This document shows positions 1 to 12,795 of a stretch of 64,000 nucleotides of DNA, piece by piece (the first letter of the stretch is position 1; the number at the start of each line of letters is the position of its first letter). Source of the stretch: Azolla caroliniana (Eukaryota; Plantae; Polypodiophyta). Location of the stretch: assembly GCA_043228905.1 (NCBI GenBank), contig JBHGNT010000001.1, forward strand, positions 15,934,001 to 15,998,000, given 5' to 3'. The notes beneath the pieces are model-generated. The model ran no database searches, had not been told where the DNA came from, and saw nothing but the letters and a program-made list of their open reading frames with translations. Both the position numbers and the translations under genes were made by a program.

Positions 1-620
1 TTGATCCCTTCATAGGTGGCGATGATCATCCCTGCCCGGTTCTGCGGCATGACAGGGGGTCTAGGGTACACATGGCCGTATTCATGGAGCACACGAGGAA
101 TCTCGCGGAACAACATATCTCCGCTGCCCTGTGTCCGGTAGCCCTTGATGGCTAGGGAGTACTCACCAAAATACTTGATCAGTTGCTCCGAGTTCGGATT
201 GTCAATCGTGAGTATGCCTCCCTCCGGAAGGCCTGTTAACGCTCGGATCGCCTCCGCCGTTATGACCTCTGTGTCGATTTCTTTGATCACCTTGTCGGCT
301 TCTTTGTGTGGCGGTACCTCCATAATCATCAAGAAGCCCTCGAGCCCGTTTTGCTTTAGCCATTTCTTGGCGGCTTCCGACAGCGTTTGCGGGTCCATGT
401 CTGTGTCGAGGTCGGATTGTGGTGGCGAGGTTGGATGGTGATGAGAGTGAGATTGAGAGAGAGAGAGTTCAGAAAGCGGGGGTTCTTTGTGCGTAGGTTC
501 TCGTCTGATGATCTTGCAGCGCCTTGGTGCTTCTGTGCTCCTGGGTTCGCGAAAGTAGAGGGTCTCCACGCGCAGTGGTTTTTCTTTGTGCATTCTGGCG
601 CCTTTTTCGAGTGTGTGCAT
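1..620 (-). CDS. Extra 3' ORF of Athila-like copy 1, N-terminal part (runs off window edge)
   Basis: Open frame MHTLEKGARMHKEKP...MDPQTLSEAAKKWLKQNGLEG...ITAEAIRALTGLPEGG, collinear with the 976-aa ORF at 23732-26662. Confidence 0.8.
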   Translation of the reverse strand, partial: MHTLEKGARMHKEKPLRVETLYFREPRSTEAPRRCKIIRREPTHKEPPLSELSLSQSHSHHHPTSPPQSDLDTDMDPQTLSEAAKKWLKQNGLEGFLMIMEVPPHKEADKVIKEIDTEVITAEAIRALTGLPEGGILTIDNPNSEQLIKYFGEYSLAIKGYRTQGSGDMLFREIPRVLHEYGHVYPRPPVMPQNRAGMIIATYEGI

Positions 621-782
621 GTCGTGTACCAAAATAGCATTATGTCCTGTGGTGGCGCTTAAATGCCCACTACGTACCTTTTCGCTCGTCGCTCCCATTC
701 ATACCTCGCTTTTGCATAATTACTTTTTCCCTTTTATTTCTTATTTCTTTTTTTTTGTGGTAAATTTTAATGTGGTGCTAGG

Positions 783-3700
783 TTAGTTGTCCGGTGGTCC
801 TATCGGACCCTTACTCGGCTCCTTATGGTTTGCCGTTGCCTCATTCTCCCCTGTTACCGGCATGCCGTCTCCTCCGTCTTGGTGATTGCCGTTCCCCTCA
901 CAGGTTGTCGTTTCCTCACCGGTATCGGTCCTTTGCTCAAATGGGTTCTTAGGCATCGGTCCTCTATATGGCTTCAATCGGAATCCGTTGACCCATTTGC
1001 CTAGCACTTCGCCAGCAAGTGTCACTAACTGGTAGGACCCATTATACTCACGTGTCAGCCAATACGGGCCGGTCCATCTAAACCGTAGTTTTCTCGGCAT
1101 CTTGCCCATCCGGGTCTGAAATACTAACACCTGTTTGCCGATTGCGAACATTTTTTCATTTCCTTTCCTGTGCCGGTCGACAAATGCTTTCCGTCGCCGT
1201 TGTTCCAATTCTAAGTGTAGGATGCTTGCCAGTCGTTGTTCCTCAAGTTCACACACCGCTGTTAACCGTATTGCCTCCGACTCCTTCTCGTTCAGCCGTT
1301 CCCGTAGCTGGATCCGTAATCTGGGTACTTGGAATTCCACCGGCATTACCGCCTCTAGCCCGAACGCTAACCGGAACGGTGTTGTTCGGATGCTCGTTTT
1401 ATATGCCGTCCGGTATGCCCAAAGCGCGCTCTGTAGCTTGGTATCCCAATCCGTTCAGTTTTCGTTGATGATCTTCTGGAGGATCTTCTGGAGCGTTTTG
1501 TTCGTCGATTAAGCTAACCCGTTTGCTTGCGGATAGTATGGTGTGCTCCGTTTGTGGACAACGGCATAGAATGTCGTCAGGCTTTCAACTACTTGGCTGA
1601 GAAAGTGCCCCCCTTGGTCGCTTATTAATTCGATTGGGCATCCATAACGGCACCAGATGTAGTCGTATAGAAATTTTGCCGTTGACGCAACGATGTTGTC
1701 TCTTAATGCTTTGGCCTCCACCCATTTCGTGCAGTAATCCATCGCGACGATGACGTACCGATTACCTGTTCTCATTGCCGGTGGTTTGAACGGTCCAACA
1801 AAGTCCAACCCCCACTTCTGGAATCGCTCGAGTGGTAGTACCGGCTGGTGTGGCATACGAGCCTGCTCCGTTGGCTGGCCCATTCGATGGCATAGGTCAC
1901 ATTCTTTTGCGTACCGTACCGCATCTCTTAATGTCATTGGCGACCATAGGCCACTTTGCCATATTTTCCTGGCCGTCGCATCTCCGGCATAGTGACCTCC
2001 GCAATGGGCTTCCCTCAGTATGAGGTCCTTTTCATCGCTGCGCACAGCCTGTCTCCATATGCCGTTTGCGCCCTTGTGGTAAAGTGTGTCTCGCAGTAAG
2101 CAGAAATGTCGGCTTTGCACCGCCAGGCGTTTCCTTTCGTCCCGGTTCATCTCCTCTGGAGGCAGTCCTGTGCTGAGAAACTGGTGCATATTTGTGAGAC
2201 ACTTGTCTTCCTGTGCCACCGTTTCATCTACTGCCGTTTCCATAGTGACTCGAAACAGCTCCGCATCCGAAAACTCGTCCGCTACTCCGTCGCCCGTCTC
2301 TCCGGACTCTAATCAGCTTAAATAATCCGCTACGACATGCTATATACCGGGTCGGTGGAATATTTCGAACTCGAATTCCTGTAACAGTAAGGTCCACCGG
2401 GCCAACTTACCGGTGAGTGACGCCTTGGACACTAGGTAGAGGAGCACCGAATGATCTACATGGAAGGAAAACTTCCTTCCCAATAAATAATGCCGAAACT
2501 TTGTCACACTGTAGATCATCCCTAGAGCTTCCCGTTCCGTGGTAGAGTAGTTCCGTTCCGCTTGGGATAGCTTTCGGCTGGCATAGTACACTGGCCGGTA
2601 CCACTTTGGCTCCGTAATCTGCATCAGTACGCTTCTGATTGCGATGTCGGAGGTGTCCACGAACACATGAAATTCTTTACTCCAATCCGGAGGCTGCACT
2701 ACCGGTGCTTGCGACAATAGTACCTTGAGGGCCCTATACGCCCTATCCTCGGTGTCGGTCCACTGGAATGGTGTTCGATGTACCGCGGCATGCAACGGTG
2801 TAGCCAGGTCGGCCAAGTATCAGAGCATCCGGCTGTGCCACCGGATCTGGCCTAAGAACCGGCTCAATGCCTTTGCCGTTGCCAGCGCCGGTGCTTTTAA
2901 TATGGATTTCACTTTGCCCGGGTCGACTGCAATAACTTCCTTGCTCACAATATGTCCTAGTAGGGTTCCATTGGACATGCCAAATACACACTTTGCCGGA
3001 TTCAAGCTTAGCCGGTACGCTCTACACTTTTCTAGACAAAGACGGAGGTGCTGAAAATGGTTCTCCTCCTGGCTATAGACGACGAAATCGTCAAGGAAAA
3101 CCTGCATAAAAGCCGGGATATATTCACCAAAGATTTCCATGATGATTCGTTGAAATGTTGTCGGTGCCATTTTGAGTCCGAACATCATCACCACGGCCAC
3201 AAACACCCCCCATTCGGTGACGAAAGTCGTTTTCTCTCGGTCGTCGGGGTGCATTCGGATCTGATTATACCCGCTGAATCCGTCTAGAAAGCTATAGACC
3301 TCATGGCCGGCAACGACATCCAACACTCCATCTGTGAACGGAAGTGGAAACGCATCCATTACCGTAGCCGCATTGAGTTTCCGGTAGTCCACACAAACTC
3401 GAATTTTTTCGTTCTTCTTCGGTACGACTATGATCGGGCTCAGCCATGTCGCTTTCTTTACCGGACGGATAAGGCCAACTCTTAGCAGTTTGTTGATTTC
3501 CTCCTTGTCTTTGGCGGCATAATTGGGATTCATCCGGTACCGTCTTTGTGCCGCTGGTTTTGCGTCCTTGCTCAAGTGAATCTGATGTTGGTATAACTGA
3601 GGGTCGAGTCCTCGCATGTCTTCGTATGACCAGGCAAACACGTCGCGAAATTCCGTGAGAATTGTGATCATCGCTGTTTTGTCTTAGGACTTCATCTCCT

Positions 3701-6595
3701 TGGCGATGTGCACCGGTTTTGCTTCGTCCGTGGTCCCTAGGTTCACCTCTTCAAGTTGCGACGCTTTTACGCGCTGTGAAACGGCCATTTCCCGTTCCAA
3801 CGCTTCCTGCGCTTGCCGTAACTCTCGGATTGCGTCTTTATCTGGTTCTGCTTTAGTCTCTTCCGGCTGCGGTAAGTATGGTGCTACTGCTTCGACAATG
3901 TCAATTTCGAAGAGGGGTACGATCTTCGGGTTTTCCTGCAAGTACTGAGCTTCTTCTTCGTCAGCTAACCCTTCTAGCATGTTGACGCACTCTGCATACA
4001 ACGGTGTACATTCCTTGCCAGTGCTCGTCCTTGGCTGTGTTGGTACCCGTACCTTGGCATTTCCTCGCCGGAAGGTAATTATATTTTTCCTCCAATTCTG
4101 TTTGATATGTGCCGTTTTCAACCACGGCCGCCCTAGCAATAGCGGGTATGCGCCTTGTGCCTGTAATTGTAGCACTACTGCCGAGATGTGAAATGTATGA
4201 CCGCCAACGGTGACTTCTAATTTTCGTATTAATCCTGTCGGCCGCACTGAGCTTGTATCGGCCATCCGTAACCAGAACGGACACGGCTCCCACTCGTGGA
4301 TTCCCAGGGCATCACACGTCCGGAGGCTTATTACATTCACTCTGGAGCCTCCGTCTATAGCTATGCCGGGGAGTTCTTTCCCTTTGACAATGGCAGTGAT
4401 TACCGGACTGTTGGTGTCCACCACCGTTGGTCCCTCCTCCGGATTCGAGAAGAGTACCGGTGCCGGTGATGATTCTCCTGCCGTCATGGCCGTCTTCAGT
4501 CCTTCCGTGAATCTTGGCACAAGCTGTAGGAGTCTTCCTAGTGGCAACGTAATCTGGCATTCTTGCAACGCCTGCCATGTCTCGTTTCCGGCGTGACTGC
4601 CGCTGGCAAGCCCTACGGTGTTCTCCTTTTGCCGCTGTAAGTCTATTACTTTTTGGTCGTTTGCTTTATTCACCCATTCCGTCGCTTGCTTCCGAATGGT
4701 CTCCTGCGTCTCCCATTCCTTGGCCATGCCCTTCCACCTTGTGGTCACCTGCTGTAGATCTGCCACTTCAGGGACTACCATATTTACTGCCGGTCGTTTT
4801 TCATAGCTCTTCACCGGGCATTGATTACTATAATGGCCTTCCTATCGGCAGTAGTAGCAGTAGGCTTTCCGGGTATTGTTGGATTCGGCATTGTCTGTTG
4901 TACCCGAGGCAGGTCCCGTGGTAAGCGCGGGGTTTTGGGCCGGTTGGCTGCTTGAAGCTACTTGTTCCGGATCCCGTGGGTAGCCGCCATTTTTGAAATG
5001 CCGTTTTTTCTTATAGTTCTTCTTATTGCGGTACTCTTGATGAGGTTGGTCGTTATATCTGTCGTATTCCTCCCATTGCTGACGATACCCGGGGGAGTGC
5101 TCCCGGTCGTAATGGTCGTATCGTCTATTGTAATCCTGGTACTGATCATATCTATCATGCCGGTCGTAGTTATCCCGCCGATCACCGTACCGGACATCAT
5201 TCTCCCGTCGATCACCATACCGGACATCCTGTGCCGGTCGGTCGCGGTCCATTCACCGCCAACGTTCCTCTTCTTCATCCCGGCTGCTGCATGGCTCTAT
5301 TTGTCGGACGGGCGGTGCTTGCCGGTTCAATAGATTATACTCCCACCTATCCGTCGTATGGCCCTTGGATTGACAGATTACACATTGCGTCCTCATAGTG
5401 CATTCTAGTGCCGAGTGTCCAGAATTCAAGCAGGTTGTGCACTGTATTGCTTGCCGAAACCGGAGGTCTTCATCGGATGGTAACACCCGTTGGAGTGCTC
5501 CCAGTGTGAGCCAGGAGCTTGTCTTTTCCATCTCTCTCACTTGGTCAATGGTACTTGTGCGGAAGTCAATTACCGTGCAAACCGTGCGTAGGGGTTCCCG
5601 GAGCACATTTAGGAATATAGTCCGTAATTCCTCCTCCGGGGGTGCGCGGGCAAGCTGACTATGCATCCGTTGAAACCGGATGACAAACTGGGGAATGCTC
5701 TCCCATGCCTCCTGTCGGATGGTATAAAATAAACCCACCATTACTATCTGGTCCACCTCCTTTTGGAAAAAATGCAAGAATTTAGCTTTTAAATCTACAA
5801 AGGTGGTGATGGTAGACGGGTCCTGCGTCCGACGCCATCTCGCTGCCGGTCCCTCCAATGTGACGCCAAATTCTGCTATCTTTGAGCGTTCCTCTTCTTC
5901 CAGGGTCAATCGCTGGGACACATGGTTTGCTTCCCATGTCTGTTCAAAGGCGTGAACATGAGCTTCCACGTCCGGATCATCTCTATACTTGGAGTACTGG
6001 AACGACATGTCGTCGTCCGGTATGGTGCGCGGGCTGGCGGTGTTGGTGGTCGTTCTTGGTTTTTCTCCGGTGTCGGTGGTCTTTCCTGATTTGTTTCCGG
6101 CGTCGGTGGTCTTTCCTCTTCTTTTGGTGACGGAGGCCTCTCCTCCTCGACTTCCGGTGTCGGAGGTCGCTCTTCCTCTGCTGGTTCCGGAGGTTCCAGC
6201 CTTAGCAATTCCGGTTCCGATGTCGGTAAGGTGTCCGATCCTTCGTCCTCCGGTCCGTCTGGGGTTTCGTTGCTGCTACGGTAGTTCGTGTGCACGCTGT
6301 ATTCCCCTTCGGAATCCGATTCATATGCTGAAAAGGCTTCTACTTCGCCTTCTCCGTTTGCCAACGCCTAGAGAAGGGATTCGGTTTCCCGGAGGCTGCT
6401 TAGGCTGCTGCCGTCGTCCGGGTGCGATGTTTGCTGTAACCAGAGGGACTCCTCCGCTACTCTCTGGATTACGTTGGAAAACGAGCGATCCGCTCTAATT
6501 TCCTGCGCCGCTTGCTGGAAAGCTTCACGTCTCCTTTGCCTTTCAGCAAGGCGTCGAGTTCGATCTATAACCAGGTCGTGCGTTGATCTAGTCAT
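783..6595 (-). pseudogene. Disrupted gag-pol of Athila-like copy 1
   Basis: ORF fragments: 5253-6008 gag with zinc knuckles, 3684-4814 protease (IDGGS), 2820-3671 RT, 2340-2816 RH, 1509-2243 and 783-1346 INT. They are separated by premature stops or frameshifts. Confidence 0.88.
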
Positions 6596-6631
6596 CCATT
6601 CGTGCCGTCGTTCGCTGCAAAAACAGGAATC

Positions 6632-6641
6632 GTGGTCGCCA
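6632..6641 (-). promoter_or_regulatory. Primer-binding site TGGCGACCAC (probably tRNA-Arg type)
   Basis: Lies 7 nt inside the 5' LTR end and is identical at 37901-37910 in copy 2. The tRNA identity is from recall and was not verified. Confidence 0.6.
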
Positions 6642-6648
6642 AAAACTG

Positions 6649-6872
6649 TGTTAACTCTTAGGGCCGGACAATGGCCTAACACAGGGTGTCTACGGAAGAC
6701 ACTTCACCAAAGGGGTGTTACGGCAAAAGGATTAGACTCAACGATTAATCCGACTTAATTAGGCTACTTAACAAGATCGTCCTTAATAATCACACGCGTA
6801 AGATATAACAATGAATGCAGAACGACAATTAACATAGAGAGATAACAACACTAAGCTTTATTAATTAACCGC
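6649..6872 (-). repeat. Truncated 5' LTR of Athila-like copy 1
   Basis: Starts TGTTAACTCTT like the LTRs at 23173 and 37918. Homology stops at ...ATTAACCGCT, where copia integrase sequence begins (deletion junction). Confidence 0.85.
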
Positions 6873-9800
6873 TGTTCGGATCTACCTCATTGAGCCGAAG
6901 AGTGAAGTCTTCGACTGTTTCCGGAACCTCCAGAGCATGGTGGAACAGGAATCAGAGAGGAAGATCAAGTGTCTGCGGTCAGATGGCGGAAAAGAATATT
7001 TTTCCGGCCATTTCAACAGTTATCTGCAGCAAACAGGAATTCGGAGAGAGTTCACCTGCAGATACACACCGGAGCAAAACGTGTGGCCAAAAGTAAGAAT
7101 GAGTCGCTTGTCGACGCAGCAAGGGAAATGCTGGAAGAGAAGAGGCGATCCGGACGACCGTCTACATCCAAAACCGGATCGGTGACAAGGTGTCCACGCA
7201 TGAGCTGTATTTCGGGCGCAAGCCGAATTTGAGACACCTTCGGATTTTCGGTAGCATAACATATGTGCATGTGCCGGATGAGAAGCGGAGGAAGTTGGAT
7301 GCAAAATCTGAGAAGTGCATCCTCGTCGGCTACTCACATGAGCAAAAGGGGTATAAGTGTTATAACCCCCGGACGAAGCAGGTTTGAGTTAGCCGCGATG
7401 TTGAGTTTGATGAGATGGCATCATGGTATGCCTTACCAGCTCCGACTTCTGATCCCGACCCGATATCGGAGGATGAGGCTAGTGAGCCTGAACCGGTTCA
7501 GTTAGAAGATGAAGAATCCGAGACTCATCAAGAGAGTCTGGAATCGTTTCGGTTGAGTGGGCCGAACGAGAGACTGGGTCAATCCGACCAGTCAGAAGAA
7601 GAACCGGCGAGTAGTGAAGACTCTACCATGCTCTCCCCGCGCAAGGAACCGAGGAGACGGTTCACTTACAAAGAGAAGGGGAAGAAGAAGATGCCGGATT
7701 ATGAAACCAGTATTGATGAGTCGGCTCGGAGCGGATCCGACTTTGGAAAGGAAAATGACGGTTCTTCGGCACCGAAGACTGAACCGGCCAAGAAGGGCCT
7801 CAAACCGGGTAACGGTGGGTTACGCCGGTCAACCCGCTAGAAGGAACCTGTTAGGCGGTTCAAGTACAATGAGTACATGGTGCATCACTATGCGTACATG
7901 ACCAAGGTGGCGGAAGTGCGTGAGCCGGAGAGCTACGCAGAAGCGGCAAAGGATGCACATTGGCGTGCCGCTATGCAAGAAGAGATTCGGGCACTTGATG
8001 CCAACGATACATGGGACCTGGTTGACCCTCCCTGTCATAGTAAACCGATCGGATGCAAGTGGGTGTACAAGGTAAAGTACAACGCCGACAGTTTAGTTAA
8101 CCGGTACAAGGCCCGATTAGTGGTGAAGGGATATGCACAGACCCACAGAATCGACTACGATGAGACCTTTGCTCCGGTAGCGAAGATGACGACGGTTCGT
8201 GTGGTGCTGGCGATTGCAGCGGCAAGGGGGTGGCATCTTCACCAGATGGATGTGAAGAATGCATTTCTTCAAGGAGATCTTGAAGAAGAGGTCTTTATGA
8301 TACAACCCCCCGGTTTCCAGACGGAGATGAACAAGTCGGTAGTATGCCGGCTGAAGAAGTCACTTTAGGGCCTGAAGCAAGCCCCCCGAGCTTGGAATGC
8401 GAAGATCACGCACCGGTTGCGTAAGATGGGGTTTGCAGCCTCCAAGTCCGACTCTTCGTTGTTCATCCAGCAAGGTCTGGATGGTCCGGTCTGCATCTTG
8501 TTGTACGTTGATGATCTGGTCATCATCGGACCCGGACTCGATGAAATCAGCCGAGTAAAGTCCTAGTTGTCGGATGCGTTTGAGATGAAGGACCTGGGGG
8601 ACCTTCATTATTTCCTTGGGATCGAGGTGATCTGAACCCCCGACGTCATACTACTCTCACAAAGGCACTATGTGTTGAATATTCTGTACAAGTTCGGCAT
8701 GACGGAATGCCGACCTCTCTCTACTCCCCTGGACCGGAACCAGAAGCTCCGTCCCGGCTCCGGACCGGCCTGCGATGAGAAACCGTTCCAACAAATTGTC
8801 AGAAGCCTTATATATTTGACCATCACTCGACCCGACATCAACTATCCGGTCGGTGTGATTAGCCAATTCATGCAGAAGCCGACCGTAGAGCATCTTCAGT
8901 GCGCGCACCGAATACTGCAGTATGTGAGCGGCACGAAGGACCGGGGACTGTTATACCGGCGCGGTATAACCGAAGAGCTGGTCGGTTACACAAATGCCGA
9001 CTGGGCCGGTGATGCATTAGATCGCCGATCAACCTCCGGTTATATGTTTTCCCTAGGTAGCGCGACTGTTGCGTGGAGCAGCAAAAAGCAGCCAAGAGTT
9101 GCTTTGTCGAGCACTGAGGCTGAGTATCGGGGCGCTACCATTGACACCTGTGAAGCCATTTGGCTTCGGTGACTGCTGCAAGACCTACGGATCGAGGTAC
9201 TGACCCCGATTCTGATCTATTGCGACAACATAAGCAACATGCAGCTCGCCAAGAACCCCGTATTCCATGCTCGCACAAAGCACATAGAAGTGCACAATCA
9301 CTTCGTGCGTGAGCGTGTCCTGAGCGGTGAGGTCAAACTTCGGTATGTTCACACGGATCGGCAAGTTGCCGACATCTTCACCAAACCACTCAGATCGGAC
9401 AAGTTGCAGCACTTCACCAAAATCCTTGGTGTTCAACATCTCGACGTGCCACACTTGAGGGGGAGAACGGGCAAAGTCAAAGAGACTGCTGATGGCGCCG
9501 GTGAGGGAAGAACCGACGAAGGGAGAGTCAAGAAGAAGAAAGGAGCCGAGTCGACAAAGGTGGTCGACACATCCGAACAACTCGGAACAAGCGGCAACGG
9601 CGGCAGAGTCAAGAAGGACAGAGCCGACCGGAAGAAGAAGGCCAAGACCCGGACATGGTCTGATGTGGTGAAAGGCCTGGAACCACAAGACGAATCGGGA
9701 GCAACCGATTCGGACAAGAGTTGGAACGAATCGGAGACAGTCGATTCGGTTCAACAGACAGATTCGGAAGAACCGGATCAATTCAAGGCCAGGAGGACGA

Positions 9801-10178
9801 GAAGGCAGCGAAAGTCAATGCCAACACGAAGGAATCGGCGAAACGGCACGCGCCGAAGTCACAATAGCGAGGGAGCTGAATTGGGCCTGTTGAGGAGAAA
9901 AACCGACCGAGGAGGTCGAGGTGCGCAGAACAAGAGGGGTCGCGGCAAACAGAACCGGACTGGACGAGGAGCGCGAGCAAGGCGGAGTGACGCCAGAAGG
10001 AGCCGGGTAGAAGGACCGGTTGCCACAGACGTTGACACTACAATGTACAGAGTGTTGACATAATTTTCGAATTGTGATTCTTATTTTTGCTCTCTCTCTG
10101 TCTCTCCCGCGTACTATTAAGTTCTCCATTAAACCTGTTTTCTGTTTTTTATTATTCCGCACGCTATTTCTTTCTACA
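6873..10178 (+). mobile_element. Ty1/copia element B, 5'-truncated and degenerate (INT-RT-RH, C-terminal extension, short 3' LTR ending TTTCTACA at 10178)
   Basis: Motifs [53 protein letters not shown] and ARTKHIEVH, with many stops. It interrupts the RT of copia A at 10179. The LTR start is uncertain (about 10006). Confidence 0.85.
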
Positions 10179-11656
10179 TCGACCGAATAACTTAGGTTGG
10201 GTCGCGTAATGGTGAGATAGATCAAGCTACCAATTAGTTGGTGATACTGAGTCGGTTCAGTCTCGGCCGTGCCAGAACTGACATCAATCTTGATATTGCG
10301 ATCAAGAGGGGTAGTCATAGGTTTGCACTTTGTCATTCCGAATTTGTAAAGTAAGTTGAGGACGTAGTGCCGTTGTGAGATCATTATCCCGACTGGTGTT
10401 CGAATTACTTCAATACCTAGGAAGTAATGAAGTTCGTGCAGGTCTTTCATTTCGAATCTGCCGGAAAGAAGTGATTTAACTTTGTTAATCTCGGCGAGAT
10501 CCTTTCCTACGATGACCAAATCATCCACGCACAAGATGATGATTATCGGGCTATCCGACTCGTTTCGGATATACAGGGAAGTGTCAGATTTTGACATCCA
10601 AAATCCGACTTGATGAAGATACTACGTGATCTTCGAATGCCAAGCACGCGGTGCTTGTTTGAGGCCGTAAAGTGGCTTCTTGAGTCGGCATATGGTGTGC
10701 GGAGGTTTACGCGATTCGAATCCGGGTGGTTGTATCATATATACTTCTTCTTCTAGCTCTCTTTGGAGGAAGGCATTTTTCACGTCCATCTGGTGGAAGT
10801 GCCAACCTTTCGCTGCGGCGAGTGCAATTACGGTGCGTACTGTGGTCATCTTTGCCACCGGAGCAAAGGTTTCTTCGTTGTCTATGTTGTGTGTCTGTGC
10901 ATAGCCTTTTGCAATGAGCTGTGCTTTGAAGCGATTTAGGGAACCATCGGCATTGTGCTTCACCTTGTAAATCCACCTCCAACCAATTGGTTTCTTGTTC
11001 GGGGGGTGAGGAACGAGATCCCATGTCTCATTTTTGCATAACGTTGCCATCTCCTCATTCATCGCGTTGACCCATCGCGGATCCTTTGCGGCTTCGGAAA
11101 GCGTTTCCGGTTCCCGTATTGACGCTACCTTCATCATGATTGTGTAATGATACGCCATGTACTTGTCGTAGCTATAACGGTTTATGGGGTTTTTCTCGTG
11201 CGTGGATCGGTGTGGCTTGTCATTTGCAGAATCTAGGGGTTTCTTCACACCATCCGTGTGGATGTCAAGGCCATCGAACTCACTGTCGAGATCGAAATGA
11301 TCTTCATACTCCTGCATTTTTGCCTTGCCTTTGTTTAGCAGTGGACTTGGTCAAGATGTGCTTTGATCACGTGGGGGCTCTTGTGGTCCGCTTAGCCATG
11401 TTGAAGTTGGACTTTCTTCATGCATATGCGTGAAACAATCTTCGGCTTCTATTCTTATTTCAGTGTCATCCGTGTCGAGCGAGGTTGGAGTCGTAGTGTT
11501 CTCTTGTGCGTACCAGGATGCGTATTCGTCAAAGTCTACGTCTCGACTTGTTCGAACCTTACGGGTAGATGGGTTGTAGCATTTCTACGCCTTTTGTTCG
11601 AGTGAGTATCCTATGAGGATACATTTCTTCGACTTTGGGTCAAGCTTTTGCCGCGT

Positions 11657-12723
11657 TGTCGTGAAGATTTTCGGTGATAGTGTGGAAGTTGTAAGGAACA
11701 TTCGAAATCGAGTGTGGCTCTTCTCACGAGAAAAACAAAACAATAATAGTGAAGATAATATTTTGAATAATTTTAATATCTAGGTACAAAAAGATGGAGG
11801 TCTTCAAGAGTTTTCAAATGTGCTATACCACATAAAAAATGGATATCTAAATGACAAGTTATGTGGGAGTGAAGTATGAGAAAGATGAAGAGAAAAATAA
11901 AACTATAAGATATCCCACATAGACAGGACAAACAAGGACCCTACAATATATAAAGTAGAGCAAAAGCTATTATCTTTGTGTCTATGTGTGGAGCATAGAG
12001 AGTTCAAGGTGAATTGAACAAAGTTAATATGATGAATGAGCGTGGCCTAGCTATTGGTTTTGGCCAACCGAAACTGGACCGGCGACAGAGCCGATGAGCT
12101 GGCGAGATGGCGACCGAATAGATATATAAATAAATATATGTATACACATATATATATATACACAAGGAGTGCAAGTGTGGATTTGAACCTTGCACCTCCA
12201 AGTTAAGAGTTTATAAGCTTACCACTAAGCCAAGACATTTTCTTAAAATCATATTTTTATCATTATAACTTTACATGAGAGCTAAAATGAGTGACGTGGT
12301 TATCATGCACCACATATAATACATGAGTGCCAAATGGCAAACATGCATTTTATGCATGTCTTGTACCCTCAAATGCATGAGGGCATCTATAAAAGAGGGG
12401 AGGAAAAAGATGAAAAGGGAAGGTAAGATTTTTATCAAGAACTTTGTGCTTTGATACCAAAATTAAAATTAAGAAGAAAATTCATTATCCAATTGATGTA
12501 TTAATCTTTCTCTCAATCTAAAGTCAAGCGTTTATCTTATCTCAATCTCTCTCTCTATTTCAATCTCTCTCAATCTTAAGTCAAGCGTTTCATCTCAATT
12601 TCTCTCTCTCAATGTATCTTAAATACTTTCTCGCTAAAGCTTGTGTAAATGTCAAATCCTTCCGGTCCAGAACCCCGACGGTTCCACCTCACGATCCGCT
12701 CGTAGTGACGGATCTTCACGACA
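11657..12723 (+). repeat. 5' LTR (1067 bp) of Trp-primed gypsy copy 1
   Basis: 12-bp terminal inverted repeat, TATA-like CTATAAAAGAGG at about 12387, followed by the PBS. Confidence 0.92.
12168..12239 (-). promoter_or_regulatory. tRNA-like Pol III A/B-box module in LTR U3 (further copies at about 19148-19220 and 20101-20173)
   Basis: Minus strand reads TGGCTTAGTGG TAAGC...CTCTTAA CTTGGAGGTGCAA GGTTCAAATCC. It has a perfect D-stem (GCTT/AAGC), a Lys(CTT)-like anticodon loop and tRNA-like A-to-B spacing, but no acceptor stem. Confidence 0.7.
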
Positions 12724-12731
12724 TAATAAAG

Positions 12732-12749
12732 TGGTGAACCCAACGTGAA
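12732..12749 (+). promoter_or_regulatory. PBS complementary to tRNA-Trp (1 mismatch)
   Basis: TGGTGAACCCAACGTGAA versus the plant tRNA-Trp 3' end TTCACGTCGGGTTCACCA (recalled). Confidence 0.8.
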
Positions 12750-12795
12750 AGAGGCGGCCGGAAGGATCAAGTCAAGGATCAACCGATACTTGGAG

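Larger units (their letters stand above)
1..6872 (-). mobile_element. Athila-like Ty3/gypsy retrotransposon, copy 1 (3' part outside window, 5' LTR truncated)
   Basis: Minus-strand gag-PR-RT-RH-INT order with RT motif FMQVFLDDF, RH motif YYASRKLSQAERNYSTTERE and INT motif PYYPQANGLA. LTR, PBS and extra ORF are homologous to the full copy at 23173-38350. Confidence 0.9.

Noticed and set aside
9815-10178. Novel C-terminus on the copia A RT ORF (9815-10597)
   Set aside because: Chance read-through into the antisense strand of the inserted copia B end.
12168-12239. Functional tRNA-Lys gene (and tRNA genes at the other module sites)
   Set aside because: Acceptor and anticodon stems do not pair. 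Only the boxes, the spacing and parts of the D or T arms remain.
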